A DNA stretch of 64,000 nucleotides, taken from Candidatus Obscuribacteraceae bacterium. GTDB lineage: Bacteria; Cyanobacteriota; Vampirovibrionia; Obscuribacterales; Obscuribacteraceae. Below, piece by piece: positions 27,230 to 35,507 of this stretch. The stretch is from NCBI GenBank assembly GCA_044229845.1, contig JBGASG010000012.1, forward strand, positions 11,648 to 75,647. The letters run 5' to 3'. How positions within the stretch are numbered: position 1 is the stretch's first letter; each line of letters opens with the position of its first letter. The translations under genes and the position numbers were made by a program. Below the pieces are notes generated by a model. The model was not told the origin of the DNA. It did not search any database and saw nothing but the letters and a program-made list of their open reading frames with translations.

Positions 27230-28303
27230 CTAGTTCGAGCCAGGACTGAGTTTGCGCCGCTCGTTGCGGTCGATTGCCATCTGTAGCGAGTCAATGACCG
27301 CTCGGTTGATCTCCCAACGGTCGTTCAGCTCTGCGGCTATGTCTTGCGCCTCGTCCAGTTTTCGGTCTACCTCGGCGCCTTGCTGACCTTGCAAGACTGG
27401 AATGATTGCCAGCACGATAGCTGCCTTCTTATGATAACGGGAATCTAGACTGACATCGCCATTTCTCTCAGACGGGTTCGCTCCGGTCATACGCGCAAGC
27501 TTGCTGCACGCTTTATCGATGTCGCCCGCTATTACTTGATGCAAGGCTTCATCAAATTCCCTACCAATCCCATACCCTTCATACACTCTTCGGTGAAAGA
27601 AGCTCCAACGATCCGCTTTGTCGCGGTACTTTCTAACTGCCCCAGTATCCCCCAGTTTGGAGTTAACTGCGATTGCTGTGGCATAGAAGTCGTCCATCGG
27701 ACCGGTTAACACATCAATGGTTTTCACGCGATCGTCCATTTCCCTGATGAGATCGGCTGCCTCTCTGTATTCATTGCGCCTTTGATAGTAGTCGAACAAT
27801 TTCTTGCATCGTGGATCCCACGGCAACACATGCACGTCGTCCATCATAACTTGATGCAACACGGCCAGAGCACGGTCGTCCTGACCAGTAAAGAACAAGG
27901 CCTCCGACAGGTTGTTACGGGCCATCTTCAGCCGGCGGTTATCCATCAAGAGCTCGGCGCGGCGCAACCGCAGCTCCAGTTTTGTCAGCCATTCTTTTTG
28001 CCTGGCTGGTTCCTCGTTTGCAAACTGACTCTGCCGAAAAACTTCATCCGGACCAATCCAGGTATTCACAAAGGCGACTGCCATGGCAAATACCACCATT
28101 GTCAGAAAGAATGAATGGCTGAACCATCCTTTTTTGTTCTTGGAAGAGTCCGGCGGATTTTGAACCGCACTGGCGCCTGGAAGAGAAACGCCTTCGGCGT
28201 CCCCGCTGGTGAGAACGTTGGTATTCGGCGCGGTTTCGGCCGCGTCTGCGATGAAGCTGGTGTCGTCCTGCAGTCGCGGCGATGTCGGCTCTTCAGTCGG
28301 CAA
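27230..28303 (-). CDS. single-pass membrane helical-repeat (TPR-like) protein, paralog B
   Basis: Track ORF 27230..28462. The start is probably TTG 28303, preceded by GGGGGTGATGAA. It contains KKGWFSHSFFLTMVVFAMAVAFVNTWIGPDEVF...EEPARQKEWLTKLELRLRRAELLMDNRR. Clear paralog of 28350..29435. Confidence 0.7.
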   Translation of the reverse strand: MPTEEPTSPRLQDDTSFIADAAETAPNTNVLTSGDAEGVSLPGASAVQNPPDSSKNKKGWFSHSFFLTMVVFAMAVAFVNTWIGPDEVFRQSQFANEEPARQKEWLTKLELRLRRAELLMDNRRLKMARNNLSEALFFTGQDDRALAVLHQVMMDDVHVLPWDPRCKKLFDYYQRRNEYREAADLIREMDDRVKTIDVLTGPMDDFYATAIAVNSKLGDTGAVRKYRDKADRWSFFHRRVYEGYGIGREFDEALHQVIAGDIDKACSKLARMTGANPSERNGDVSLDSRYHKKAAIVLAIIPVLQGQQGAEVDRKLDEAQDIAAELNDRWEINRAVIDSLQMAIDRNERRKLSPGSN

Positions 28304-28349
28304 TTCATCACCCCCTAAAATGTAGAGAGAGTGGGCAATTTCAGATTGA

Positions 28350-29435
28350 TTATTGCAGTTTCTGCACCTCGTTTCTCTCCATAGCAGCATATAGCGCTTC
28401 GAGAGTCGCTCGAATGGCGCCGTCTGACTGTCCGAGAAGCTCGAGTTGCTCCTTCGCGTCATTTAGTCCTTTATCCACGTCAGGTGAATGCTTGTGCTCT
28501 AGAACGGGCAATATTGCCAACATCGCTTTCGCTCTGATCGAGTGATCGTGATCGAACCGCTGGTCCCAGCGCCGTTGCGCTCCATCCGCATGGTCCGACA
28601 GGGGATTGGCGAGTCGCTCAAGCTCTTTCTGGGCTTTGCCATAATTTCCATCCAAGAGGTCCCGGCAGGCTTGGTTGAAATCCAACCCGTTTCCCCATTG
28701 CGTCACCTGATGCGGCACCAGATCCCAGCGGTCGACCTTGTCCCGGTATCTTTGTGCCTCCGCCTCATCGCCCAGTTTTCTATTGACTGCGGCGGCATGC
28801 TTGTAGAACTCGTCCGTCGGGCCGATCAGAACAGCTGAACTGATCATCTCGGCGTCAATGTCCTTCATCAGGTTAGCTTCTTGACGATACATTTGACTTT
28901 GCTCGTACATATTGAGCAGCGCCTTGTACTTGGGATTCCATGGGGTCTTGAAGTCGCTGTTCTCCACATCTGACGCAATCAACGGCAAAACCCGGTTGTT
29001 CTCTTTCATGAAAAGCAGTGCTTCGGCAAGGCTTTCACGAGCAGTGCTGATGCGTTTGCGATCCATTAAAAGCTCGGCGCGGCGCAGACGGAGCACCAGC
29101 TTTGTAATCAGTTCTTGCTGCCGCGCGGGCTCTTCGCCCGCCAGTTCATGGGAGACAAATCGGTTGTCTGGTCCAATCCACGTGTTGACGGCTGACATGC
29201 ACATGGCGAAGGTGACCATGACGAGAAAAAAGGTGTGGCTGAACCAGCCCTTCTTGGGAGGTGCCGGCGCGGAGAAAGACTCAGATGCGCACGACTCCTG
29301 GGCAGGCGGCGCGGCGATACCGGACGGACCACCTTCCGCTTCCTCACACGGTCCCGAGCCATCGAGGGAAGCCGATTCGTCGCGGCTGGCGGCATCTTGT
29401 AATTGCGGGGTGGTTATGGGCTCTTCAGTCGACAC
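28350..29435 (-). CDS. single-pass membrane helical-repeat (TPR-like) protein, paralog A
   Basis: Track ORF 28350..29543. The start is probably GTG 29435, just before the conserved TEEP. It contains KKGWFSHTFFLVMVTFAMCMSAVNTWIGPDNRF...EEPARQQELITKLVLRLRRAELLMDRKR. Confidence 0.7.
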   Translation of the reverse strand: MSTEEPITTPQLQDAASRDESASLDGSGPCEEAEGGPSGIAAPPAQESCASESFSAPAPPKKGWFSHTFFLVMVTFAMCMSAVNTWIGPDNRFVSHELAGEEPARQQELITKLVLRLRRAELLMDRKRISTARESLAEALLFMKENNRVLPLIASDVENSDFKTPWNPKYKALLNMYEQSQMYRQEANLMKDIDAEMISSAVLIGPTDEFYKHAAAVNRKLGDEAEAQRYRDKVDRWDLVPHQVTQWGNGLDFNQACRDLLDGNYGKAQKELERLANPLSDHADGAQRRWDQRFDHDHSIRAKAMLAILPVLEHKHSPDVDKGLNDAKEQLELLGQSDGAIRATLEALYAAMERNEVQKLQ

Positions 29436-29523
29436 ATCTTTGTTCCGGATTCGGTGTGGACGAAGCGACACTCTGATTATGCCATGAGGGGCATATAACA
29501 AATGACAGCGATTTCTGGCACTT

Positions 29524-30549
29524 ATGAGCACCGACAAACCCACCTTGAAGACTGCAGCGCCAGCCCATCCCGAAAAGGATGCAGTGGCTGGGAAATTGCT
29601 GGCTGGCGCCGGCCCATCGGTGTTTCAAATTCAGACCGAAACCGAAAATGGTACCGGCTGGATGGTAAAACCCGGAGTGATCGTCACTGACTACCATGTC
29701 ATCAAAGGCAATCAGGAAATTAAAGCTGTCGCCAGCGACGGCACAATCTTGCGCACGGCTTCCAGCAGTCTAATGAACCCGAGCGACAAGACCTTTTCGG
29801 TCGGCTGGAAAAGCGGACTCGGTCTGGATATCTACCCCGGCACATATGTCGGCTACACCGATAAGCCCTATTACTCGCCCTTCGGGCGCCAAAGCGGCTC
29901 TGCCGGCAATCTCCTCGGCGGGGCACGCCAGTGGGTGCACTTGCAAAACAACGCGGGGCGAGGCATGTCGGGTGGTCCCGATTTGAATGCGGCTGGCGAA
30001 GTGGTGAGCGTCGTGGACCGGGCTTATGGTGACCAGGAAGGGCAGGCACTGTCGAACCCGATTGAGTATGTGAAGGAGATGTCTGACCATCCAGAACGAT
30101 TTCGCATGACTGAGGGTGCTTATGAAAATGGCTTTCAGGCGCTGCCTCACTTTGTGACATCGCGTCCCTTGCACGCCGGTGTGTATGGCACCGCGTACGG
30201 GTTGGGCATCACCGGTGGTGCGCGATTTGGATTGACCGAGGGCCCTCTTTCAATCAAGCGAGGGCTGGGGGGCGCGCTGGCGGCGACCGTGCTCGGGGTG
30301 CGCACCTGGCAGGACGTGAACGGCCTGGTCAATTCCGCCAATGCAGGGGACCAGTGGAAGTATGGAGTTGCCACCGGATTTGATGCCACCATGGCTGTGG
30401 GATTAGTCACATCTGCACTTAGCCGCCGCGTACCGGGACTGGCGCTGGCATCGCGCATACTGATCGGCACCGGCCTGGCAGGCCGCATCGGAGCCGAGTT
30501 GATTCCAAATCGCTTTGTAGTAGATACCGGCGACGACAAGATCGGCTAG
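29524..30549 (+). CDS. trypsin-like (S1/Trypsin_2-type) serine peptidase domain fused to a Gly-rich hydrophobic C-terminal region
   Basis: GTGWMVKPGVIVTDYHVI carries the catalytic His context and GRGMSGGPDLN the GxSGGP serine motif. The C-terminal ~140 aa is Gly/Ala-rich (GVYGTAYGLGITGGARFG, GLGGALAATVLGV, LIGTGLAGRIGAEL). No signal peptide. Confidence 0.75.
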   Translation: MSTDKPTLKTAAPAHPEKDAVAGKLLAGAGPSVFQIQTETENGTGWMVKPGVIVTDYHVIKGNQEIKAVASDGTILRTASSSLMNPSDKTFSVGWKSGLGLDIYPGTYVGYTDKPYYSPFGRQSGSAGNLLGGARQWVHLQNNAGRGMSGGPDLNAAGEVVSVVDRAYGDQEGQALSNPIEYVKEMSDHPERFRMTEGAYENGFQALPHFVTSRPLHAGVYGTAYGLGITGGARFGLTEGPLSIKRGLGGALAATVLGVRTWQDVNGLVNSANAGDQWKYGVATGFDATMAVGLVTSALSRRVPGLALASRILIGTGLAGRIGAELIPNRFVVDTGDDKIG

Positions 30550-30567
30550 GAGAGGACGCCGTATTGC

Positions 30568-30723
30568 GACTGCGGTTTTGTCAAGGAAACCGCACAGAAA
30601 CTTGTCAAAACTGCCTTTCCACTGCGGTTCTGTCAACAGATCGGCTCAGAAACTTGACAAAACCCTGCTCCGACTGCCGCTCTGTCAAGACACCGGCTCG
30701 ATAAATTGACAAAAACGCGTCCG
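30568..30723. repeat. three tandem 52-bp units, each carrying an inverted TGTCAA...TTGACA pair
   Basis: Motif A is ACTGCGGTT(T/C)TGTCAA, starting at 30568, 30620 and 30672. Motif B is AGAAACTTG(T/A)CAAAA, starting at 30595, 30647 and 30699. The period is exactly 52 bp. Confidence 0.85.
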
Positions 30724-31238
30724 ACAGCAGAACCGGTGATGCGTTGCGCCACATACTGGTTTTTATAGTAGCTCAGGGGAAAGCGATAAGGACGGGGGCG
30801 CGCGTTTGTTAGAACGCCAATCTTCTCGAAGCCGCGCGGCGCCAGGTGGCCGGAGTTCCAGAGACTGGCCCCCAGCTGCTCGCCGTTCACTTCTTCGTCG
30901 ATGCGCGATAAGAGAACCCGCCGACCAGTCGGTGGGCTCAAAGCCGCCACCAACAGCCCATGATACTTGCGCGTGTTGGCACCGAAAATGGTGCCGGACG
31001 CGTAAGAACCCAGGCCGTTGGTGATCAGCCACTCGCGCTCATCACTTCCGTCCAGCCTCGACACATCCGCAAGCGGAAGATCGAGGGCTTCGTTGCTGTT
31101 GCCCAGCTGGTTTGCCAACCAGGCGGCCAGGTTTAAAGCGATGTCAGAGGACTCCAGGAAGTATTCTAGGCGAACCTGCACCACCCTGGTGGGCGGTGCA
31201 GGTTCACTGTGAGCAGTTGACTGCGAGGGCGACGCCAA
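30633..31238 (-). pseudogene. 5' fragment of a glycogen debranching enzyme (GDE N-terminal domain) gene, truncated
   Basis: EREWLITNGLGSYASGTIFGANTRKYHGLLVAALSPPTGRRVLLSRIDEEV matches the N-terminal domain of archaeal/bacterial-type amylo-alpha-1,6-glucosidases, which are usually 650+ aa. Here homology stops after about 150 aa and the ORF tail reads through the 52-bp repeats. Confidence 0.7.
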
Positions 31239-31280
31239 CGCAGCAGAAGTTGTCTGCGTGCGCCGCCCTCGTCAGGGACG

Positions 31281-31949
31281 TCAGGCAGCGCGACGGGACA
31301 GCATCATGCCGAGCAGCTGTCCGACTGCGAAGGCGCAGCAGACACCGGGCACGATGGTCACGAAGGTGAACGTCTGGAACGTGGCGTACGCGCAGATCGT
31401 GCACAGCACCGTCATGATGCCGAACCCGATGTAGGTGCCGCTGCCGAAGCCCCAGCCCTTGAGCGTCGAACCGGGCAGCACGACGTTGCCCATGAAGAAA
31501 CCGCTGATGGCGAGCGCCACAGCGGCAGTCCACAGGAACGGCGAGGCCATCAGGTACAAGCCGCCGAGCAGGTAGAGCGCGGCAAGCGTGACGCCGCTGA
31601 AGTCCTTGTCGCCGGCCTGGTCGCGGTCTTCCTGCTTGCCGAACGACCAGGTGAGGTGAGTCACTCGTTCGCTCTGCAGCGGGCGCTTGCGCACCACGAC
31701 ATCGGCATCGACGAGTGCCTTGGTCTGGAACTCGGCGACGCGATCGACCGGCAGAGCCACGACCAGCATGCGGCCGTCGTGTCCAACCAGGTTCATGTAG
31801 GCGTTGCGCCCGGTCGGACCGACGTAGGCAGTGACACCGGGACCGGTGGCCTTGCCCTTGTAGACGACGCGGTCGGACAACGACCAGATGAGGAAGAGCA
31901 CCGCGGGCAGAGCCAGTGCCGCGATGATCAGGGGCAGTGTGAGAGTCAT
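31281..31949 (-). CDS. hypothetical polytopic membrane protein
   Basis: 222 aa with an N-terminal TM (LPLIIAALALPAVLFLIW), a ~100-aa soluble segment and then about 4 TM helices. AAGAAGGGA (SD) lies upstream of ATG 31949. GC-rich codon usage. Confidence 0.65.
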   Translation of the reverse strand: MTLTLPLIIAALALPAVLFLIWSLSDRVVYKGKATGPGVTAYVGPTGRNAYMNLVGHDGRMLVVALPVDRVAEFQTKALVDADVVVRKRPLQSERVTHLTWSFGKQEDRDQAGDKDFSGVTLAALYLLGGLYLMASPFLWTAAVALAISGFFMGNVVLPGSTLKGWGFGSGTYIGFGIMTVLCTICAYATFQTFTFVTIVPGVCCAFAVGQLLGMMLSRRAA

Positions 31950-32062
31950 TGTAGTATGTCCCTTCTTGGTTTCAACACGCCATGCCTCGGCAGCGCACGC
32001 ACGCAGCTCACCGAACAGACGGTGCGGCGGCGTACGGGCGCTGGGTTCGGCACGAGCGCAGG

Positions 32063-33178
32063 CTATGTCGAGCGGTGGTGCAGCGGATACTTGCCGAGTC
32101 GATCGCGCACCAGCTGAACTCCGAGACCAGGCTCGGCTTCCAGCATGGTGGCGACGAGAGCGGCAAGCTCCGGCGCCCGGAAGCTGATCGGACCGTCACC
32201 CGGCACCAGTACATCGGGCTTTTGCCCGACTTCCGCTTGACGCGGATTGTAAGTGCCGTGCTGCAGTCCGACCGCAATCACATCGGGAAACACTGCCGGC
32301 TCGACGACGAGCAGTGGGTCGACGTGACTGAGGAAGTAGGCGTGTTCGCTGTCTTGCGACCAGCAATGCCAGGCGATCGGTTCAGCGTCCTCACCACCTG
32401 TGGTGCTGCGGTTGCGTACCACGAGCGTGAATTCGCCGTCGCCTGCAATCTGAAACCGCAGCTGTTGCTTGCCGTTCCAGATGTTGGACACCAGTTGCCG
32501 CGAGTCGGACTCGTGCACCATGTGTCCCTGCTGGTTGTAGACCTCGAGCGACCACTGGCGATCGTCTCCCGATTCGCGACGCACGTCGGCCCACAGATTG
32601 TAGGTCGCCGTTTGCCGCTGGAAGATTTTCACCTGGGTCTGTCCGCCGAAAGGCACACGCCAGGAGGCGTGAGCTGAGCGTCCATCACCAGCGCCGGCTG
32701 CAGCCACGATGATGTGGCCGCCGCCGGCGATGGCTTCAGACAGGCGACTGGCTTCCCAACCAGTGCCGTCCGCCGCGTGGCGGAAACCGCCAAACGAGCA
32801 GTTGGTGACGCTTTGCAGTGAACGAGCCCGGCAGATGCCGGTCGCCCACAGCAAAGCCTCAGTCCATCCGGGACGGACGATATTGCCACCGCAGAAAGTG
32901 GCATCGTATCCGCCCCATTGCGTGGTGATCAGCCCGTCGTCACCGAAGGCGCGCACGAGAATCACCGGGGCATCGGGAATGCGGTCGAGAAACTTCTCCA
33001 GCACGATGGTTCCGTGCCGGCCGGGGTCTCCCGCAAACGCATTGAGGACGTCGTCTGCAACCAGGGGCGCACCCTCCACTTGCAGTCCGGTTCGCAAATC
33101 GTACACGCCGATGACGTTGGCGCGACGAATGACGTCCCTCTCAAAACCGGAATCTATGACGATGAAAGCAGTCTTCAT
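32063..33178 (-). CDS. cytoplasmic subtilisin-like (S8) peptidase-family protein with a ~130-aa insertion
   Basis: ATG 33178 follows AAAGGAGGAGTGAC (strong SD). S8 landmarks appear in order: FIVIDSG (Asp), RHGTIV (His), NCSFGG (oxyanion Asn), VAAAGAGDG, VIAVG and PGDGPISFRAPELAALVATML (Ser, the GTSxAxP equivalent). No signal peptide. Confidence 0.65.
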   Translation of the reverse strand: MKTAFIVIDSGFERDVIRRANVIGVYDLRTGLQVEGAPLVADDVLNAFAGDPGRHGTIVLEKFLDRIPDAPVILVRAFGDDGLITTQWGGYDATFCGGNIVRPGWTEALLWATGICRARSLQSVTNCSFGGFRHAADGTGWEASRLSEAIAGGGHIIVAAAGAGDGRSAHASWRVPFGGQTQVKIFQRQTATYNLWADVRRESGDDRQWSLEVYNQQGHMVHESDSRQLVSNIWNGKQQLRFQIAGDGEFTLVVRNRSTTGGEDAEPIAWHCWSQDSEHAYFLSHVDPLLVVEPAVFPDVIAVGLQHGTYNPRQAEVGQKPDVLVPGDGPISFRAPELAALVATMLEAEPGLGVQLVRDRLGKYPLHHRST

Positions 33179-33273
33179 GTCACTCCTCCTTTTGTTGTTT
33201 CTCAAAAGAACAGTCGCGTCGCGCCTGGAGGCGAGACGGAGCAGTTTGTTGTGCGAGTTTCTTGCTTGCCTAG

Positions 33274-34245
33274 TTATGCCGCCAGAAGCTTTTCAGCGCG
33301 CTCGGCGATTTCTTTGACCAGATTGGCGATTACGCCGTCTACCGGTCCGACTGTTGTGCCCATGATGCCGCGGCGGCGCCGTTCCACGAGCCAGTCGAGG
33401 AAGAGCAGGCGCGACAGGGTGTACGAAGCCGGCAGCAGTTTCTTCACTTCTTGATAGTCGCGTCCCGCTTCATCGCAATAAGCTTCCAGGACGACCGGCT
33501 GCCAGCTCTTGTCCTCGCCATTCTTAAAATGGTCGGAGGTGAGCGTTGCCAGGTCCAGAAGCGGCATGCCGATGGTGGTGAACCACGACCAGTCGATGAT
33601 GTAGAACTTGCCGCCACGCAGAATGATGTTTTCCGCGTAGAGATCGCCGTGCACCAGCGAGAGGCGCTCGGAAGACAGCTGGTCATCCAGGTGTCTTCCC
33701 AACGTCTCCAGCTGCTGTCCATCGGCGCTGCTAGCCAATTGCCAGTCGTCTATCGATGCGCGCAGACCTTGCGCCAGCTTGCCGTACTGCCCGGGTCGCA
33801 ACGTGCGCAGGATGCCCAGCGGCTCCAGCTCTTCGATGCGATAGGAATAGGCGCGGTGCATCTTGGCCAGCTCGGTACCAATCAAATTTGCTGTGCGGTG
33901 ATCGGTGCCGCCGATCAAAGACTGCGTGCCCAGGTCTTCCATGAACAGCGCGATCATTTGGCCGCAGGTTCCGGAAAGAAACAGCCGCGCCGAATTCGAG
34001 ATAGACGGGATGAGCACGCGCTCATGCAGGTCTTGCTCGACATCCCAGGGCGGCAGCACCACTTTGTAAATCAGCGTCTCCGGAAGCGCATCGCGCATGT
34101 GCAGCCGTTCTACCAGCGACAGGTCGCGATGGCGCAACAAATTTCTCTCCGCTACTTCCACCTCTTTGCCGTAGAACTCATGCAGCCAACCCATCAACCT
34201 CTCTTGAGAGGGCGGGTCGAGCAACTTGAGCGATTCGTTTTCCAC
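33274..34245 (-). CDS. aminoglycoside-phosphotransferase/choline-kinase-like (APH family) kinase
   Basis: LSLVHGDLYAENIIL (HGDxxxxN catalytic loop) and FYIIDWS (IDW metal-binding equivalent). The start is GTG 34245 (17 nt after the upstream stop) or ATG 34194 (preceded by GAGAGG). Confidence 0.75.
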   Translation of the reverse strand: MENESLKLLDPPSQERLMGWLHEFYGKEVEVAERNLLRHRDLSLVERLHMRDALPETLIYKVVLPPWDVEQDLHERVLIPSISNSARLFLSGTCGQMIALFMEDLGTQSLIGGTDHRTANLIGTELAKMHRAYSYRIEELEPLGILRTLRPGQYGKLAQGLRASIDDWQLASSADGQQLETLGRHLDDQLSSERLSLVHGDLYAENIILRGGKFYIIDWSWFTTIGMPLLDLATLTSDHFKNGEDKSWQPVVLEAYCDEAGRDYQEVKKLLPASYTLSRLLFLDWLVERRRRGIMGTTVGPVDGVIANLVKEIAERAEKLLAA

Positions 34246-34262
34246 GGTGTTTGGCGAGTGGG

Positions 34263-35348
34263 TCAGAACTTCCAGTAAGGCGCGGTGGTCAGGCGCTCGG
34301 CACCATCGGTGGTGACGACCAGGTCGTCTTCGATGCGCACGCCGCCGAAGCCGTCGATGTAGATGCCGGGCTCGTCGGTGACAACCATGCCGACCTTGAA
34401 AGGGTCATGCTCGTAGTCGTACGGGTCGTGCGCCACCAGTCCCAGACTGTGTCCGAGACCGTGAGTGAAGTACTTGCCGTAACCGAGTCGGGTGATGTAA
34501 TCGCGCGCCACCTTGTCGTAAGCCTTGTATTTGATGCCAGGCTTCAACGCCTTGAAAGCAGTTTTGTTGGCCGCCAGCACGATGTTGTAAATCTCGACCA
34601 TCTTGGGGTCGGGTTTCTTGCCGGGCACAAAGGCTGTGCGCGTGATATCGCTGCAGTAGCCGCCGGTGTACAGCCCGCCGAAATCCATGATCACCGGCTC
34701 GCCGGCTTTCACCTTGCGGTCTGAGGTCGCATGGTGCGGAATCGCGGAATTGGGGCCGCTGGCGACAATCGATGTGAAACTGTTGCAGATGGCACCATGC
34801 TTGCGCAGGCGCACATCTATCTCGAAAGATATGTCCAGTTCGGTCATGCCGGGACGAATGAGTGCCGCCACTTCGTTGTAGACCTTGCTGGTGGCACGGC
34901 AGCCGCGGCGCAAGACCTCCACCTCATCTGCATCTTTATACTGTCGGAAGCGTTCCACTAGATGCTGAGTCGGCACCAGTTTCGCGGTGATCTCTTTCTT
35001 CCAGCGCTCAAGTACGGCGACGGCGATGTGCTCGGCTTCAAAACCGACTTTCGCGGTTTTGGTCAGTCCGGCCAGCGCCAGCGCTTCATTGACGAATTCA
35101 GAGACTTTCTTGCCACGCTGCACCTTCACCAGCTTGTAGTCAGGTGCTTCGGCAGCGGCGCGCAGGAAATAGCGGGCATCAGTGACGATGAACGCTTTCT
35201 TGCGCGTGATCACCAGCACCGCGGTGGTGCCGGCGAAGCCGCTCAGATAGAGAACGTTCTGGTTGTCGCCCTCGAAGACACGCACAATCAATGCGTCGAG
35301 GTTTTGCTTGACCAGGGCTTGTTGTAGTTTTTTCAGACGTGCATTCAT
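34263..35348 (-). CDS. M24B family Xaa-Pro aminopeptidase/dipeptidase
   Basis: Creatinase-like N-terminal domain plus the pita-bread fold motifs DFGGLYTGGYCSDITRT, HGLGHSLGLVAHD, GMVVTDEPGIY and VRIEDDL. Confidence 0.9.
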   Translation of the reverse strand: MNARLKKLQQALVKQNLDALIVRVFEGDNQNVLYLSGFAGTTAVLVITRKKAFIVTDARYFLRAAAEAPDYKLVKVQRGKKVSEFVNEALALAGLTKTAKVGFEAEHIAVAVLERWKKEITAKLVPTQHLVERFRQYKDADEVEVLRRGCRATSKVYNEVAALIRPGMTELDISFEIDVRLRKHGAICNSFTSIVASGPNSAIPHHATSDRKVKAGEPVIMDFGGLYTGGYCSDITRTAFVPGKKPDPKMVEIYNIVLAANKTAFKALKPGIKYKAYDKVARDYITRLGYGKYFTHGLGHSLGLVAHDPYDYEHDPFKVGMVVTDEPGIYIDGFGGVRIEDDLVVTTDGAERLTTAPYWKF

Positions 35349-35507
35349 GACGTCCTATTGTAACCACTTGAATTTCCAGCCACTGCCGCCGGACACCGTT
35401 CGCTTACAAAGCGAGAAGTGCCCGGCGGCATATGGAGGAAACCGCCGATTGTCGTTAGGAGACGACGGGTGCGCGAGGCGCCCGTCGTTTCTTCCCGACC
35501 TTCGACG

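Noticed and set aside
28304-28462. Long N-terminal extensions of the two paralog ORFs (also 29436..29543)
   Set aside because: The extensions overlap the neighbouring genes, are not conserved between the paralogs, and are Arg/Cys/Ser-rich. Conservation begins at the TEEP motif, just after the alternative starts TTG 28303 and GTG 29435.
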